In this document: positions 1 to 16,778 of the stretch, in pieces | Numbering within the stretch: position 1 is the first letter of the stretch | Layout: the number at the start of each line of letters is the position of its first letter | Program-made: the position numbers and the translations under genes | The notes under the pieces: model-generated | Databases searched by the model: none | The model's input: only the letters and a program-made list of their open reading frames with translations | Told to the model about the DNA's origin: nothing | Assembly (NCBI GenBank): GCA_964016885.1 | Contig: OZ024743.1 | Span: 86,862,001-86,926,000, forward strand | Source of the DNA: Eledone cirrhosa | Lineage: Eukaryota | Direction: 5' to 3' | Length of the DNA: 64,000 bases

Positions 1-752
1 AATATAATATAATATAATATAATACAATATAATATAATTTGATACAATATAATATACTATAATATAATATAATATAATATAATATAATATAATATAATAT
101 AATATAATATAATATAATATAATATAATATAATATAATATAATATAATATAATATAATATAATATAATATAATATAATACAATATAATATAATATCATAT
201 ATATATAATATAATATAATATAATATAATATAATACAATATAATATAATATAATATAATATAATATAATATAATATAATATAATATCATATAATATAATA
301 TAATATAATATAATATAATATCATATATTATATTATATATAATATAATATAATATAATATAATATAATATAATATAATATAATATAATATAATATAATAT
401 AATACAATATAATATAATATCATATATATATAATATAATATAATATAATATAATATAATATAATATAATACAATATAATATAATATAATATAATATAATA
501 TAATATAATATAATATCATATATTATATTATATTATATATATATAATATAATATAATATAATATAATATAATATAATATAATATAATATAACATAATATA
601 ATATAATATAATATAATATAATATAATATAATATAATATAATATAATATAATATAATACAATATAATATAATACAATATAATATAATATAATATAATATA
701 ATACAATATAATATAATATAATATCATATATATATAATATAATATAATATAA
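1..752. repeat. (AATAT)n pentanucleotide microsatellite
   Basis: Continuous AATAT units with occasional AATAC/ATCAT variants. Confidence 0.95.
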
Positions 753-764
753 CACAAATCTCTC

Positions 765-856
<92 letters not shown>

Positions 857-909
857 ATATATATGTATATATATGCGTAAATATATATGTATATATGTAT
901 AAATGTATA

Positions 910-941
<32 letters not shown>

Positions 942-996
942 GATATACATATATACATATATATATATGTATATATATGTATATATATGTATATAC

Positions 997-1036
<40 letters not shown>

Positions 1037-1206
1037 CTATATATATACGTATATATATATATATATACACATATATATGTATATAGTCAGTGGGCTGGAA
1101 AAGTGAATGTGTAAAAGAGAATATATATATGCATGCATACATGCACACATATTCACACACACATATATATATGAAAACACATATATATCTATATATCTAC
1201 ATACAT

Positions 1207-1246
<40 letters not shown>

Positions 1247-1766
1247 GGATGTATGTCTATATATATATATATATACACACACACATATATATGTAATATA
1301 TATGAGAAGTTCATTCGAGTGAAAATGAATTTTTGCGAGCTTAAATTCTCGCATAATCAATACTAACCGTTATAATGTTATAGAAAACATTTTAAAGAGC
1401 AAAAATGAAAAAAAAAAAAAGAAGATAAATGAGAGTAATGTTAACAATGGTTATTGATTAATTTCTTCACAGAAATCGAAATATGAATCTCTTGATGGCA
1501 GATCAAAGGTGATGGGTATTAGAAACTATTCATGTAACACGCGACTGATAAGCGTTCATATAACAACAGCTTGGTAATGCTGAATTTAAGATGGTTAAAA
1601 TGAAAACCTAAAGATGTTTCCAATGTTAAAATGGTTAAGTTTTGCTAATCATGAAAAAGATCTGTGTTTCGATTCCCAATATTCTCGTCATATTTTTCAA
1701 TCGATATATATATATATATATATATATATGCATTTTCATATACATATACATAAACATATATATAAA

Positions 1767-1856
<90 letters not shown>

Positions 1857-2075
1857 GAATATAGTAATAATAGTAATACGAGATATGGTAGAAATGCAAG
1901 TTATTAGGTTAATGTTCTGGAGAAGTGAAAATGAGATAATTATGACGTCTCGGACTACGTCTTTCGTCGGAAAAATGAGAAAAGAATGGATGGAAGAGGG
2001 GAAAGATAAAGAAATGGAGGAAAAATTTGAGGTAAGTCGCCACGTGTGTACATAAGCTTACTTGGCGGCGAGCCG

Positions 2076-2161
<86 letters not shown>

Positions 2162-2340
2162 TTACACATATGCTCACTGTGATACGCGTGTTTGCCACAG
2201 GTCTGGCTCAAAACCATTCTCAAATACATAACATTATGTAAGAGCAGGGTTCGACTCTTTTGGGCACAGGCTCCCCAGACGAATTAAAACATCGAATGTT
2301 GAAAACCACGGTCTACACTTGCATCAATTGCAATTCAAGT

Positions 2341-2385
<45 letters not shown>

Positions 2386-2386
2386 T

Positions 2387-2470
<84 letters not shown>

Positions 2471-2620
2471 CGAAACATAAGTCAATTGCATGAACTCATA
2501 ATCCTTTATTTACTGCTATATATATATGATAGCCATTGAATGGCTATGACCTCATCAGGCAGTTAGTCAGTTCTTAGATATGCCAGCTCTGTGTTTATGG
2601 TGTTGATGGTATCAGAGCCT

Positions 2621-2686
<66 letters not shown>

Positions 2687-3010
2687 GTATGTATACATAC
2701 ATATATATATATACATGGAAAGTTTATATGTACTATTAAGATTACATATAGTTATTTTAAAATATTGAATTTGATGATTCACTACTTTTTGACAGATTTT
2801 ATCTTCGTCAATTTTTTTATTTGTTTCAATTATCAATTGACCAAGTGACAGGATATTTTATTTAATTGGGTAACTGTTAAGTAAGGCAATAACAATATTT
2901 AACAATAGTCAACAATAGTCTAAATATACAAATACATAACAAACAACCACGGAAAAATCACTTGAAAATCAAATGTGGATGGAGCAAATAAATAACACAT
3001 ACACACAAAC

Positions 3011-3085
<75 letters not shown>

Positions 3086-3159
3086 ATAATATTGATTTTT
3101 CAAGACTATGTACAACAAGACCATATTCTTATACGATTTGATCATTCACATCTAAACGA

Positions 3160-3520
3160 AGTTATGGCGTAGTCAGATATCGTCAAATAGTCACATCTAT
3201 GGTATATATATGCAGAACACTTTACGTAGGTGGAGTTGTGGTATATCCAGATATCTTGATATATCTACAAGCCTTCAATCAAACGATGTGGCATATGCAG
3301 ACGTCTTGAACTAAGTGGTGTGATATATCCGCACACGTTCAATCAAACGCTGTGGTATATCCAGATGTCTTGAACTAAGTGGTGTTATATATCCGCGTGC
3401 CTTCAATCAAACGGTGTGGCATATCCAGATGTTTTGAACTGAGTGGTGTGATATAGCCACATCTTTTTAACAAGACTGTTGTTTATCTAGATGTTTTCAA
3501 CTGAACGGCTTGGTGCAGCC
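3160..3520. repeat. Diverged ~66-bp tandem repeat (two ~33-bp subunits)
   Basis: Recurring 'atatccagatgtcttgaactaagtggtgtgatatatcc...ttcaatcaaacg.tgtgg', about 5 copies. Confidence 0.8.
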
Positions 3521-3835
3521 AACACTACCACTACCAGCACCACTAGCACCAGCACCAGCACCACCACCAGCACCACCACCAACACCAACACAACCAACAC
3601 CACCACCGCAACCACCACCACCTCTACTTCCTACACCTTTATTAGAGAAGCTTGTTTTGCCTTTCTCCTTATTTATAAACAAAAAGAAATGTCAAAAGCA
3701 ATCTTCACTGATGTTTCACTGACAAAGAAACAGTTGTTAACAATGAACAACAGTGAAGAATTACATTTGTAAGATTTCTTAAAACCTACGTTATTGCGTC
3801 ACAGAGGATGGTCGTTGGTTAATCATAGAAATATG

Positions 3836-3905
<70 letters not shown>

Positions 3906-3953
3906 TTGTGTGTTTAAATACACATATATATATCTGTATGTATATATATATAA

Positions 3954-4043
<90 letters not shown>

Positions 4044-4065
4044 GTGTATATATATATATATATAA

Positions 4066-4216
<151 letters not shown>

Positions 4217-4255
4217 TATATATATATAAAAATGTATATATATATATATATAAAA

Positions 4256-4330
<75 letters not shown>

Positions 4331-4331
4331 C

Positions 4332-4371
<40 letters not shown>

Positions 4372-4460
4372 ATTTATATATATATATATATATAAATATA
4401 TATGTATACATATATCTATTTATATGTGTCTATATATATGTACACACACACACACACACA

Positions 4461-4525
<65 letters not shown>

Positions 4526-5564
4526 GTGTGAAAATATCAGTTTGTACAAAGCACACCGGGACACACACGCATGAATGTGTGTGTGTGCGCGCGCGCGCGC
4601 CTGTGTGTGTGTGTGTGTGTGTGTGTGTCTGCCTTCTCCACACTCCAAATATTTTATATTTTTTCTGACGTAATTTCAGATTATAAACAACCAAAGCGAA
4701 AACTCAAACAATCATGTGTTAGCGTTAATGTATTTAATGTGTGTAGGACAAGAACACTCTAGAAATAATTAATGAGCTCCTTAAAAAAATAATATATTTA
4801 ATCAAACACTAACAGTATTTTCATAATTTCAGCGGCAACACATAGAAACAATGGCGGCATCATTATGGAAAATTATATAAAAACTATTGGGCCCGTGCCG
4901 TCAATAATGATGGCAATAGCGTTGAATGTATTTAATGTTTGGAGTCCAGGATTGGTGTGTCATATATACCAAGATTACTGGATATATGAAAAATCATACA
5001 CACTGGGACATTTGCGTTTTGATAAATTTATGATTGCAGAAGAGATAACCTATATTTTATGTTGATTACTGACTCATGGAAGTGATTAAAGGGTAAGATA
5101 AAAATGATGTTTTAATGATTTGTTTCTAGGATATGACTTAAATGTTCAGCATGTATGTACAACAGACATACAGGATTAAATGTATGAGTAACTTTGGAGA
5201 AATAACTATTTACAGGGACAAATGTAGAGTTAGGAACAAATACCTTGTGATTGAAAAGCAAACTCCTTATTGTAGGAAGATGACAGAGATGGGAAATGCA
5301 TTGTGTGTATGCTTGTATGTGTAAACTTTAAAGAGTTGCAGACGAAATATACATATATAAATATACAAACACACGTGGCGTATTAATATTACATGATTGT
5401 AGATGGTTTGGTGGAGAAAAATAGATCTGTCTAGGGAATCAGGCAACGATCCTTGCATTCAATATGTTCATACTAATTGTCTTGGCTTCCAGAGTAGGAA
5501 GCTTAGCCAAGAGAAGAATTGGGGAGGAATGGTAGTAAGGGGATGAATCCAAAATGAGAAAAAA

Positions 5565-5850
5565 TAGTGTACATTGTGTACATGAAATGAAATACCAATA
5601 TACCCAACAGGAATTAATAGTTTTCACACACACACACAAAAAAAAAACAAAAAAAAAAACGTTGTTTCAGACTTAATCCCGTCTCGGGATTATACAATTG
5701 TTTAAAGTGTACATTGTGTGTATATATCAAATGAAATAACAATAAACCCAACTATAAATGTGGTCAGGAATTAACAGCGTACACAAACAGATAGACACAC
5801 ATACACAAATGTTGTTTCAGACTTAATCCCATTTGGGACTATACAATTAT
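5565..5850. repeat. Local ~150-bp tandem duplication
   Basis: 'gtgtacattgtgt...aaatgaaata.caat...gttgtttcagacttaatccc...ggga.tatacaatt' occurs twice. Confidence 0.7.
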
Positions 5851-6328
5851 GGAGGTTTGAAATAGTGTGCCCATGTCAATATGGCGCTCGGGTGAAAAAT
5901 GACTAGACGACAATTCAAAATGGGGTAAAAATAGAAAAAAACCTAATATCGCAACTAACCAAAACATACAATTTCACTACAGCTTCTACTACGTGAACAT
6001 GACGTCAATATAAATAGCAAAACAGCAATTTTCGTAGATATAAAGCAAGCAGAGTTAGTTATATATATATATTGATATGCAAGAGAGCAAAATAAGTAAG
6101 GTCGTAAACGTTGCTAAAAAAATAAATGCAGGAAGGCAATTTAAATATAAAATTTAAATAATAAAATAATAAAAAAAAAATGTATTTGACTTGTACAAAA
6201 TTTTCGTATGTTTTTTTTTTTTTATATTTTAAATATTTTTACGGATCACAGCCAGTGAACATGTTATTTTTTTTTTGTCATTTGCAAAACTTGTTAAAAC
6301 ACACTTAAAACAATATATACGACAGGCA

Positions 6329-6419
<91 letters not shown>

Positions 6420-7873
6420 GTTTATGTAGATATTCATGTATATGTTTATGTATGTGTGTGTGTATGTATGTATGTATGTATGTATGTATGTATGTATGTA
6501 TGTATGTATGTATGTATGTATGTATGTATGTATGTATGTATCTATGTATATATGTGCGGGGGCATGGAAATACTCGGTTTGGTGCCCGAGGTTAGCCCAC
6601 CGGAAGTGAAATACTCCCAGTTCTTGTTAGGACATCACTATAGGAGAAGGAAAACCTGCGAGTGTTGATTTGTACTTCTTTTTTGGATAACTGACATCGT
6701 TTCTCAAAGAGTGGGATTGGTCGAATGCAGGGCCTTTCTTTTCTTAAAAAAGTTTGAAACACAGGCATCACTTAATCTAAACGACTTTCACGTGTGTTGT
6801 GTGAATGGCCTTTTTTCTTCTTCCGCTGTAGCATATGCAGAAAGGAATCTAAGTTATTGTAGGGCTAAAAAGTCATGTTCGTGTTTCCCATGTATGAGAA
6901 AAAGGTCAATTTGGCAATTCTCGAAACTGAGATGCAGCCATTCTGTATGTATGTATGTATGTATGTATGTATGTATGTATGTATGTATGTATGTATGTAT
7001 GTATGTATGTATGTATGTATGTACGTATATATATATATATATATGTGTACATATATACATATATATGTATATATATATACACACACATGCATATATATAT
7101 ATATATATATATATATCTGTGTGCGAGTATGTGTGTATATTTATGTATGTATATAAATCGATCTGGCTCTATGGTCACGAATTGGTAATTACTAGCTAAA
7201 TTAGTCGCTACGTGACAATTTTTGTTAAAACTTTTACAATTTGCGAAAGAATTTAGAACACATTTGAACAAGAAATTCTTGCTTGTTGAGCAGGCAGGAA
7301 AGCGGCATTTTAAAAAGCAAACTAAAATGTCTCTATAGTTAACAACCAATAAACCCAATGTGGTGAGAAATGCAAAACGTGGCGGGGGTGTAAAATTATG
7401 TGTTAAACTTTTAATATTTTGTATCGCATTAATACACACGAGAAAGACATTTTTGAAAAGTAAAAAAAAAAAAAGAAGAAAGTACTATCTCTGCATCACA
7501 TTTAAAATTAAAATCTTTCGTCTACTACTGCAAATGTTCACAACGATTTAACCATTAGTAATAATACTATAAACATTTGAATTAACAAACTAATTTTTAG
7601 ACATTTTCTACTATTCCTTACATGTTTTGGGTAAATCACATTTTCAATTTTATGGGTTTTTTTTTACAATCACAGCCAATTAAAATATCTAAATTATTTC
7701 AATTATTTAACAAAATATAATTGCGAGCTTCCCATATCTCTTTCTTCATGTCTTCCTGTTTTCATTTCTTATATATCTTTACATAATTTTGTGTTTTCAT
7801 CAAACCATAAATTATAATCCATCACTATTCATCTAAATATATGTTCAGAAGGGAATATATTCTAATAATAATA

Positions 7874-8085
7874 ATTGTTTCTACTTTTGGCACAAGGCCA
7901 GCTATTTTTGGGAAGGGGAAAGTTGACTAAATCGGCCCCAGTGCATTACTGGTACTTTATTTTATCGACCTCGTAAGGATGAAAGGCAAAGTTAACCTCG
8001 GCGGGATTCAAACCCAGAACGCAAAGAGCCGTAAAGCAAAGCATGGTGTCCGACTTTCTACTGATTCTGCCAATTCACCGACCTT
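7874..8085 (-). mobile_element. tRNA-derived SINE (dominant family)
   Basis: Minus strand carries a B-box-like GGGTTTGAATCCC, the central domain AACTTTGCCTTTCATCCTT..GAGGTCGATAAAATAAAGTACCAG and the 3' end GCCTTGTGCCAAAAGTAGAAACAATTATT. Confidence 0.85.
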
Positions 8086-8215
8086 ATATAATAATAGTAA
8101 TAATGATAATAAAAAAATAATAGGATCTTGAAATAGAGATTGAAGAAATGTGGGGTATATTGGAAAGTATTTCGACTGGTACTCAACCATTTCTCCCACT
8201 CACTGCCCCAATAAT

Positions 8216-8435
8216 AAGATTTTCTAATTTAGAAACAAGGCCAGCAATTTCGCTGGGAAGAGGAAATTCGACTATATTAACCCCAGTACTCTACTGCCAC
8301 TTTCTTTTACCGACACCGGAAGGATGGAAGGTAAAGTTAGTTGACCTCGATGGGATTTGAACTCTGAAAGTAAAGAGTTGGAATAAATACCGCTAAGCCT
8401 TTGTGAGACACGCTAATGAATCTGCTAGCCCATTG
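8216..8435 (-). mobile_element. SINE, diverged copy
   Basis: Same motif order: tttctaa...acaaggccagc...gaaggatg.aaggtaaagtt...gggatttgaactc. Confidence 0.7.
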
Positions 8436-8914
8436 CTCAATAATAATAACCATTTTCAAGATTGGAGGACAGGGACATTCCTCTCCCACGAAACCCCCAT
8501 TAGCTTCTTCAAGTCCATTGGTGAGTATAGAGAGGTGAGTATAGGGAGGGAGGTGTTGCCTTACAGTGTGTTTTATGAAAAGTGGGTGAGGGTGGTGAGA
8601 TCGACGTGGCTGAATGTTCCTGAATAGGAGGAAAGAAATAATGAGAGGGTACTTTCAATGCCCTTGATACGACAAAGAAATCTGTTGTTTTTTTGTGTGT
8701 GGGTTCTTTGGAATTATTTTAGGGTGCGTCCTCTCCTGTTGGGGAACTGTATATTTAGTATTACTATTATTACTGTTTAATACAATCATTGTCATTGTTA
8801 TGCCTACTGATTTCCATTTGTCGATTCCCCCAATCTTTACTCAATGTAAACCCTACGTTGTGTTGTTTTCGTCCTTGTATTGCTCCTAACGTTGAGCAAC
8901 ATTCTGGCCAACGG

Positions 8915-9135
8915 ATTCGCAGAATTGTTGGGGCGTTGAACAAATGCTTGGCAGTATTTAGCTACGGTTCTTCAAGTTCTGAGTTAAAATCGTGTTGAGG
9001 TCAACTTTGCCTTTCGTTCTTTCAGGATCGATAAAATAACGTACCAGTCAAATACTGAGGTCGATATAATTGTTTTATTTCTCCTCCTTCCCCTTCTCCA
9101 AAATTGCAGGCCCTGTGCTAATGTTAGAATGAATC
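8915..9135 (+). mobile_element. SINE copy
   Basis: ctgagttaaaatc...gaggtcaactttgcctttcgttctttcaggatcgataaaataacgtaccag. Confidence 0.75.
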
Positions 9136-9246
9136 ATTATTGTCATTAATCTTATTTTTATTGCGTGGCATCATTGCTATTTTCTATATTTGGAAGTCCC
9201 GCGGGGTTTGGATATGTATCTGTATTTTTATCGTTTCCAGAGCACC

Positions 9247-9363
<117 letters not shown>

Positions 9364-9588
9364 CTACTAAAAAGAAGAACCTGTCAAGTTCCTCAGGGGA
9401 GCAACATAAAAAAATCGTTGACATATTTGTGTCCGTTCGGATCCCATCGGAAAGTTGAATGTTCTTTCAAAACATTATATAAATATGACTAGAATTTAAA
9501 GGAAAAAACCCTGTAAAATCACCAATACATTACATACAACTGTAGATAGATTATATTACAAATGAAAACACAGTTTATGCAGTATGTA

Positions 9589-10873
<1,285 letters not shown>

Positions 10874-11544
10874 TATATATATGTATACAATGCACTGAAT
10901 ATTCACCAATATACTATATATGGTTATTTACACCTAAAGTAAATATTTTATGGTATAAGTAGCAATCGACATATGATATATGATAATAAGTTGTATACGA
11001 AATTATAGACACAGTATATATATAGTAGATCCAGAAAGGGCATCACGAAAATAACATCAGAAAAACAAGATAAGATAAAAGTTAATGTTAGTAGTTTTAC
11101 GCTCAGATGAATGGAAAACATTTTTGGAGTTTGACGTTTCGTATGTAGAACTTTCATTGGAAAACAAGGAGAGAAAAACGAAAATAGAAAATCGTCAAAA
11201 AAGAACTATGGTAGACACGTGTATTCTTATATCGTCACACATAGTCTCAATATTTATTTATAAATACAATATATACTATAGGTTGTGTAGGCAGTAATGT
11301 TTTTCATGTAACTACAAACACAAAGACGTTAAATGTTTGATAAAAGTTTGTTACTAGAGCATTTTGAAGATATAGATATCGGAACACAAATTTCCCTTCT
11401 ACAAAAGACTGCACTTTTGTGCATTGACCATATACTCAGGAAAGTTCTGTCTGTCTAAGGTCGTTGTTAAGACTTGACGGACAGTAGAAGATTCAGTAAT
11501 TATCATATTCACCGTGCAAACTATCAATAAAAATATTAACCTCT

Positions 11545-11730
11545 AACATAGACACAAGGCCAGAGATTTTAGGGAGGGAGAAGTCTTGACTAGTATTTTT
11601 TTATCGACATCGGAAGGTTTGAAAGGCAAAGTTAATCTCTGTGAGACTTGAGCTCAGAAAGTAAAAACCGGAACAAAAATAGCTAAGCATTTGTCCGACG
11701 CTTTAACGACTCTGCGAACTACCCGCCTTT
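11545..11730 (-). mobile_element. SINE copy
   Basis: acacaaggccag...tatcgacatcggaagg...gaaaggcaaagttaa...ttgagctcagaa. Confidence 0.7.
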
Positions 11731-12327
11731 GTAATGATAATAACATTGGTTCCATTTATTGGCCACAAGGGGACATTACAAAGACAAGGACAGTGGGTAT
11801 ATACAATAAAATCGAGTAAAATTACACAATAACAAAAACAATTAACAATGAAATTGTGTAATGATAATAATATTAAAAAATAGTTATGATTTTTAAGATT
11901 GACAGACAATATGTAATAATATTTCATGACTGGTACAGATTTAATCGATGCCATCAGAAGGATGAAAAGCAAAGTCGACATCGACAAGATTCAAATTCAG
12001 GAAATTCAAAAAATAAAGGGACGTAACTGAATTTCTGGAAGACTGTTCGTCCGGCACACTACCAAGTTTGACTTCCACCACCTTAACAATAACAATATAG
12101 ACAATACTACAGCTACTATTACTATTACTATTAATAATATTAATGATGATGATGATGATGATAATAACAATGAGGTGAAGGAGAAAAGGAGGAAGAGAAG
12201 ATGATAATGATGATAAGAATAATTATAGGCGCCTCTGTCCACTTTTTCCGTCTCCAGGGGTGCTTTACCTGATTTTCTCATCTATTATTCAGAGTGATCG
12301 ACTATTATTATGGTCATTTTCGTTCGG

Positions 12328-12418
<91 letters not shown>

Positions 12419-12431
12419 GTATATATATATG

Positions 12432-12757
<326 letters not shown>

Positions 12758-13581
12758 ATATATATATACGTAAATACATCGTGAAATATTATTTATATCT
12801 TTATCCTTATAGAAGTAATTGTATATATTTTCCTATAATATATGACAGAATGGGAATATATATATATGTATATATATATGTATATATACACTGATGAAAC
12901 TACAGAATAACAGCACACTGTTTCGACTTTGATAAAAGATATGAATCACAACAATGGCATTGAGTACTCATTCTCACGATCATCAAAAGTAATGGAATAT
13001 ATATATACACACATAATATATATATATGTGTGTGTGTGTGTATGCATTTCTGTGTATGTTTGTGTGTGTATTGTATGCGTGTATGTATGTATACTTATAT
13101 CTTCAGCTTCGTCTGTGTCTCAAGTGAGTATGGAAAATTGAGAGAATTCTTTATATTTCATAAGTAAATAGAAATGGAAAACAAAAAAACATAAACAAAA
13201 CAACATACTATTGAAATATCGGTATATTGGATTGATAGAATAATTAGAATAATCGAATATCAGAACTGCAGAATATTAGAATTAGAATATAAGAATATTA
13301 GACCAAATTATTAATTACTGAAATCTACGTCAAAGAGAAAATATAATTCTCACTGGTTTATTAGTATTGATTAATGAAAAAATATGATTAATTAGATTAG
13401 ATTAAATATGATTAGTATATTTAATTTTTAAAGATATGAGACTAGTTATGATAATATTATATTTGAAAACGAATTAATAAAGGAAGTTAATTTAGAATAA
13501 ATGATATTTGAAAGTGTTTAATAGGCGAAAGATTTTCGCAATATTTCTAATACTGGGTGTAATTAATTAGTTATATATTAT

Positions 13582-13790
13582 TTTCTATTATTGCCACAAA
13601 GCCAGCAATTTAGAAGGAAGGAGAAAATCGATTATATCGACTCCAGTATTTAACTGGTACTTTATTTCATCGTCCTTTCAAAGGATGAAAGACAAAGTTA
13701 ATCTTGTCGAGATTTGAAACCAGAACGTATAGGCTAATAAAAAAAATACTGCAATGTATTTCATCCGACGTTCTAACGTTTCCATTCCTA
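13582..13790 (-). mobile_element. SINE copy
   Basis: cacaaagccagc...ccagtatttaactggtactttatt...aaggatgaaagacaaagtt...gatttgaaaccag. Confidence 0.75.
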
Positions 13791-13800
13791 ATTCAATATA

Positions 13801-13891
13801 CAGGCTGTTTAAAAAAAATGTGTACACAATTCTAATAAATATTGCCTTTACAGGTAATCAAAGTGTGTGTACATTTTTTTGGAAAAGCCTG
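13801..13891. mobile_element. Tc1/mariner-type MITE (91 bp)
   Basis: Imperfect TIRs CAGGCTGTTTAAAAAAAATGTGTACAC / GTGTGTACATTTTTTTGGAAAAGCCTG flanked by TA on both sides. Confidence 0.7.
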
Positions 13892-14250
13892 TATATTGGA
13901 TATAATTAATTGATAATTTAAAGACACGATATTCCATACGTATGGATTTATAGATTTACCAGAATCTTACCATAAATTTAATAAACACCACAACGTGATT
14001 GGTAGTCATTTGATTGTAAATAGAAGACTGAGAGTAAGAAAGAGACGCCTCGGTGGGATTTAAAATCAGAAATCGGAATATAGATTAAGGATTTCTGATT
14101 GACAAACTACAATTTCTAACAGTTATTTAAATTTGCAAATAGATTAAATATAAATTTGGACGTAATCAGAGGACTGGCACTGATATTATCTAACCATCTG
14201 GCGGAAGTGGTATTACACAGAAACTGTCACCCTATAATCGATATATCACA

Positions 14251-14284
<34 letters not shown>

Positions 14285-15432
14285 ATGTGTGTGTGTGTGT
14301 AGTTTGCTCAGAAATATTTTCTGATGAAAACAAAATTTCAAACGAAAGACAAAGGTATTTATGCTAAAGTAAAAGAATTACTAAAATAATTACTCTACAA
14401 TTTTTTTTTGTATTGAGTTTTTTAATGTATGACTGGTCATCTTAATGTATGACTGGTCATCGGATTCAGTATATATATATATACTTTGCTTTGGCCCCAC
14501 TCGGTGACAAATGACCATAGTTTTGCACCTAGAAAGTTTCCCTCCGAAGCACAAGCCTGGGCAAGTTTGTTTTTGTGGAAGACCAGTAGTCTATATATTA
14601 TAGTGTACGTATACCACCGAGTTTAGTTGTGTATATGTGAATGTGTTGGTCTGCATATGCGTATATTTACATCACTTCAAAAGTCTCATTTCACAGCACA
14701 ACAGTAGTTTGCACTGCACTGCACTAACTATTATCCACATTACTTTATCCACATTACATCACACAACATGAAACGACACGACACCACATCACATTACGCT
14801 GCGTTATACCGACCGCTCTACTTCAATGCTGTTTATCTGCAAATACAATATTTTATCTCCAAGACAACGACAGCTCTAACAATGTTCTGGGTTGAGAATG
14901 CTTATTAAAGTCTGTTCGTTAAGTATTTCAGACTTTGTTTTTATAAATTTGTTTTTCGTTTTCAATCTATCTTTCCATTCAGGTTTCCTGTTCGTGCGCA
15001 AAACCGGAAGTTATATAATTTGTTATGTGATGTACAAACCAACAATTATGAAAACATTTTGAATCTGTTTTGATTTACAGATACAAGCACAACTGATTAT
15101 TAGATTTTCACTTAATGGTTAAAGACAGGTTTGTTATTTCATTTGCAAAACTGGTCGTCATTTATATTTCAGGTTCTGTGAAAGGTGATAAAATATAGGA
15201 ATTTTAATAATGTTTCTTCATATTGAAGCATATTCTGAGGTTAACGGTGTCCAAGCTGTTTCCCCAGTCCCAAGCTGTTGACTCCTTCCTTTAAACACTA
15301 AAGCTAGTTTTCGGGGTTTCAAAGCATTTTCTCTCTTGCTGTTTTCTCTCTATTTACCCCTACATATCAACACATACACACAAACATACACAACACCTTT
15401 TGCACACACACAAATACAAACAGGCAGACATA

Positions 15433-15495
<63 letters not shown>

Positions 15496-15691
15496 ACGTA
15501 CCTAATCCACCGAGGTTGGGAAAATAATTTAAATGTTCAAGCAGAAGGCCTGACCGATTTTGACTAGATACAAATGATCCTTTTTCTTTTAATTTTAAGG
15601 AAAGAAATTTGAGATGTTTCAGTCTTGTTACGATGGTCATACATAAAAGTCAATCATTAAAGGGAAAATGACATAAGAAGTGGTTGCATAC

Positions 15692-15802
15692 TTTCCCAGA
15701 GGAATTGAGACGGCGTCCATGAAGTAAGGTGGTTTCAACCAAGTATTGAAACCTTATTCGCAAACTCGGTTCGCTGGGACCTTTGCTTTTGCCCTGCAGC
15801 AT
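15692..15802 (-). CDS. Candidate coding exon (MLQGKSKGPSEPSLRIRFQYLVETTLLHGRRLNSSGK), product unknown
   Basis: Unique, higher-GC island; minus-strand acceptor ttatttcccttcag ending at 15809, ATG at 15802, 37 open codons to a phase-0 GTATGC donor at 15691. Confidence 0.3.
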
Positions 15803-15829
15803 TTATCACTGAAGGGAAATAATATAGAT

Positions 15830-16010
15830 TTGTATCACAGACATAACACTAAACATTTTCAAGGAGGGTATAGTGAATAAAACCGACCCCAGTATTTGAT
15901 TGGTATATTATTTTGACGACCTCGGCGGGATTTGGATTCAGAATGTAAAAAGAGAAATTTAATTACTGCAAGGCATTTTATTTGGCTCTTTACTGCTACT
16001 CCACCGCCCT
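15830..16010 (-). mobile_element. SINE, diverged copy
   Basis: gaccccagtatttgattggta...gacctcggcgggatttggattcagaa. Confidence 0.65.
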
Positions 16011-16461
16011 ATATGAAGATAAATTCTCTCTACCTAATATCTGTTTTTCTACAACTTCAAAATCTACAATAGCTGAAGAGAAAGTATTTCAAAATTTAAA
16101 AAGAAAAGAAAAAAAATGAGAGAAGAAAAATCACAAAATTTTTTCTTTTAAAAAATTTAGTTTACATATTTCTTTTTCTTTTATCCTTTGAATATGTTTT
16201 CGTTTAAAGATCTTTGTTGGTTTTTTTTTCAATTAAAATTTAGGTTAAACATTTTATCGAAGAATGTTATAAGAATCTAAAATCGTATTTTCAGAGTGGA
16301 TAGTTAGAATCAATAAGAAGATACAGGTGAACACTATGAGAGAAACGTTAACAGTGTTATTGGGAGTGAAAGAAAAAGAAAACATTTTAAAAAAGAGAAA
16401 GAAAACATTTGAAAGAGCATTTTGATTTGAATGTGAATTACAATACAAATTTTATACACAT

Positions 16462-16497
<36 letters not shown>

Positions 16498-16510
16498 GCA
16501 TATATATATG

Positions 16511-16541
<31 letters not shown>

Positions 16542-16655
16542 GCATATATATATGTATATATATATGTACAGATATATATATATATATGTGGTGTGTGTAT
16601 ATATATACATACATACATACATACATACACACATACACACACAGACACATATATA

Positions 16656-16679
16656 TTCGTTTTTGACCCTCCCAAAGTA

Positions 16680-16683
<4 letters not shown>
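16656..16683. mobile_element. 28-bp minimal family B insert
   Basis: TTCGTTT (outer end of the family B tail) joined to TGACCCTCCCAAAGTATAAC (outer end of the opposite arm) between TA tracts. Confidence 0.55.

Positions 16684-16778
<95 letters not shown>

Noticed and set aside
1909-2037. Possible plus-strand exon ending GAG|GTAAGT
   Set aside because: Weak acceptor, purine-rich low complexity, no recognisable protein.
2466-2562. Hammerhead half-motifs (GAAACATAAGTC on plus, CTGATGAG on minus)
   Set aside because: They lie on opposite strands and no stem I can be formed; possibly a rearranged remnant but unsupported.
12891-12930. CTGATGA occurrences here and at ~14321, 29095, 54060 and 59795
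   Set aside because: No properly placed stem II, GAAA and NUH elements.
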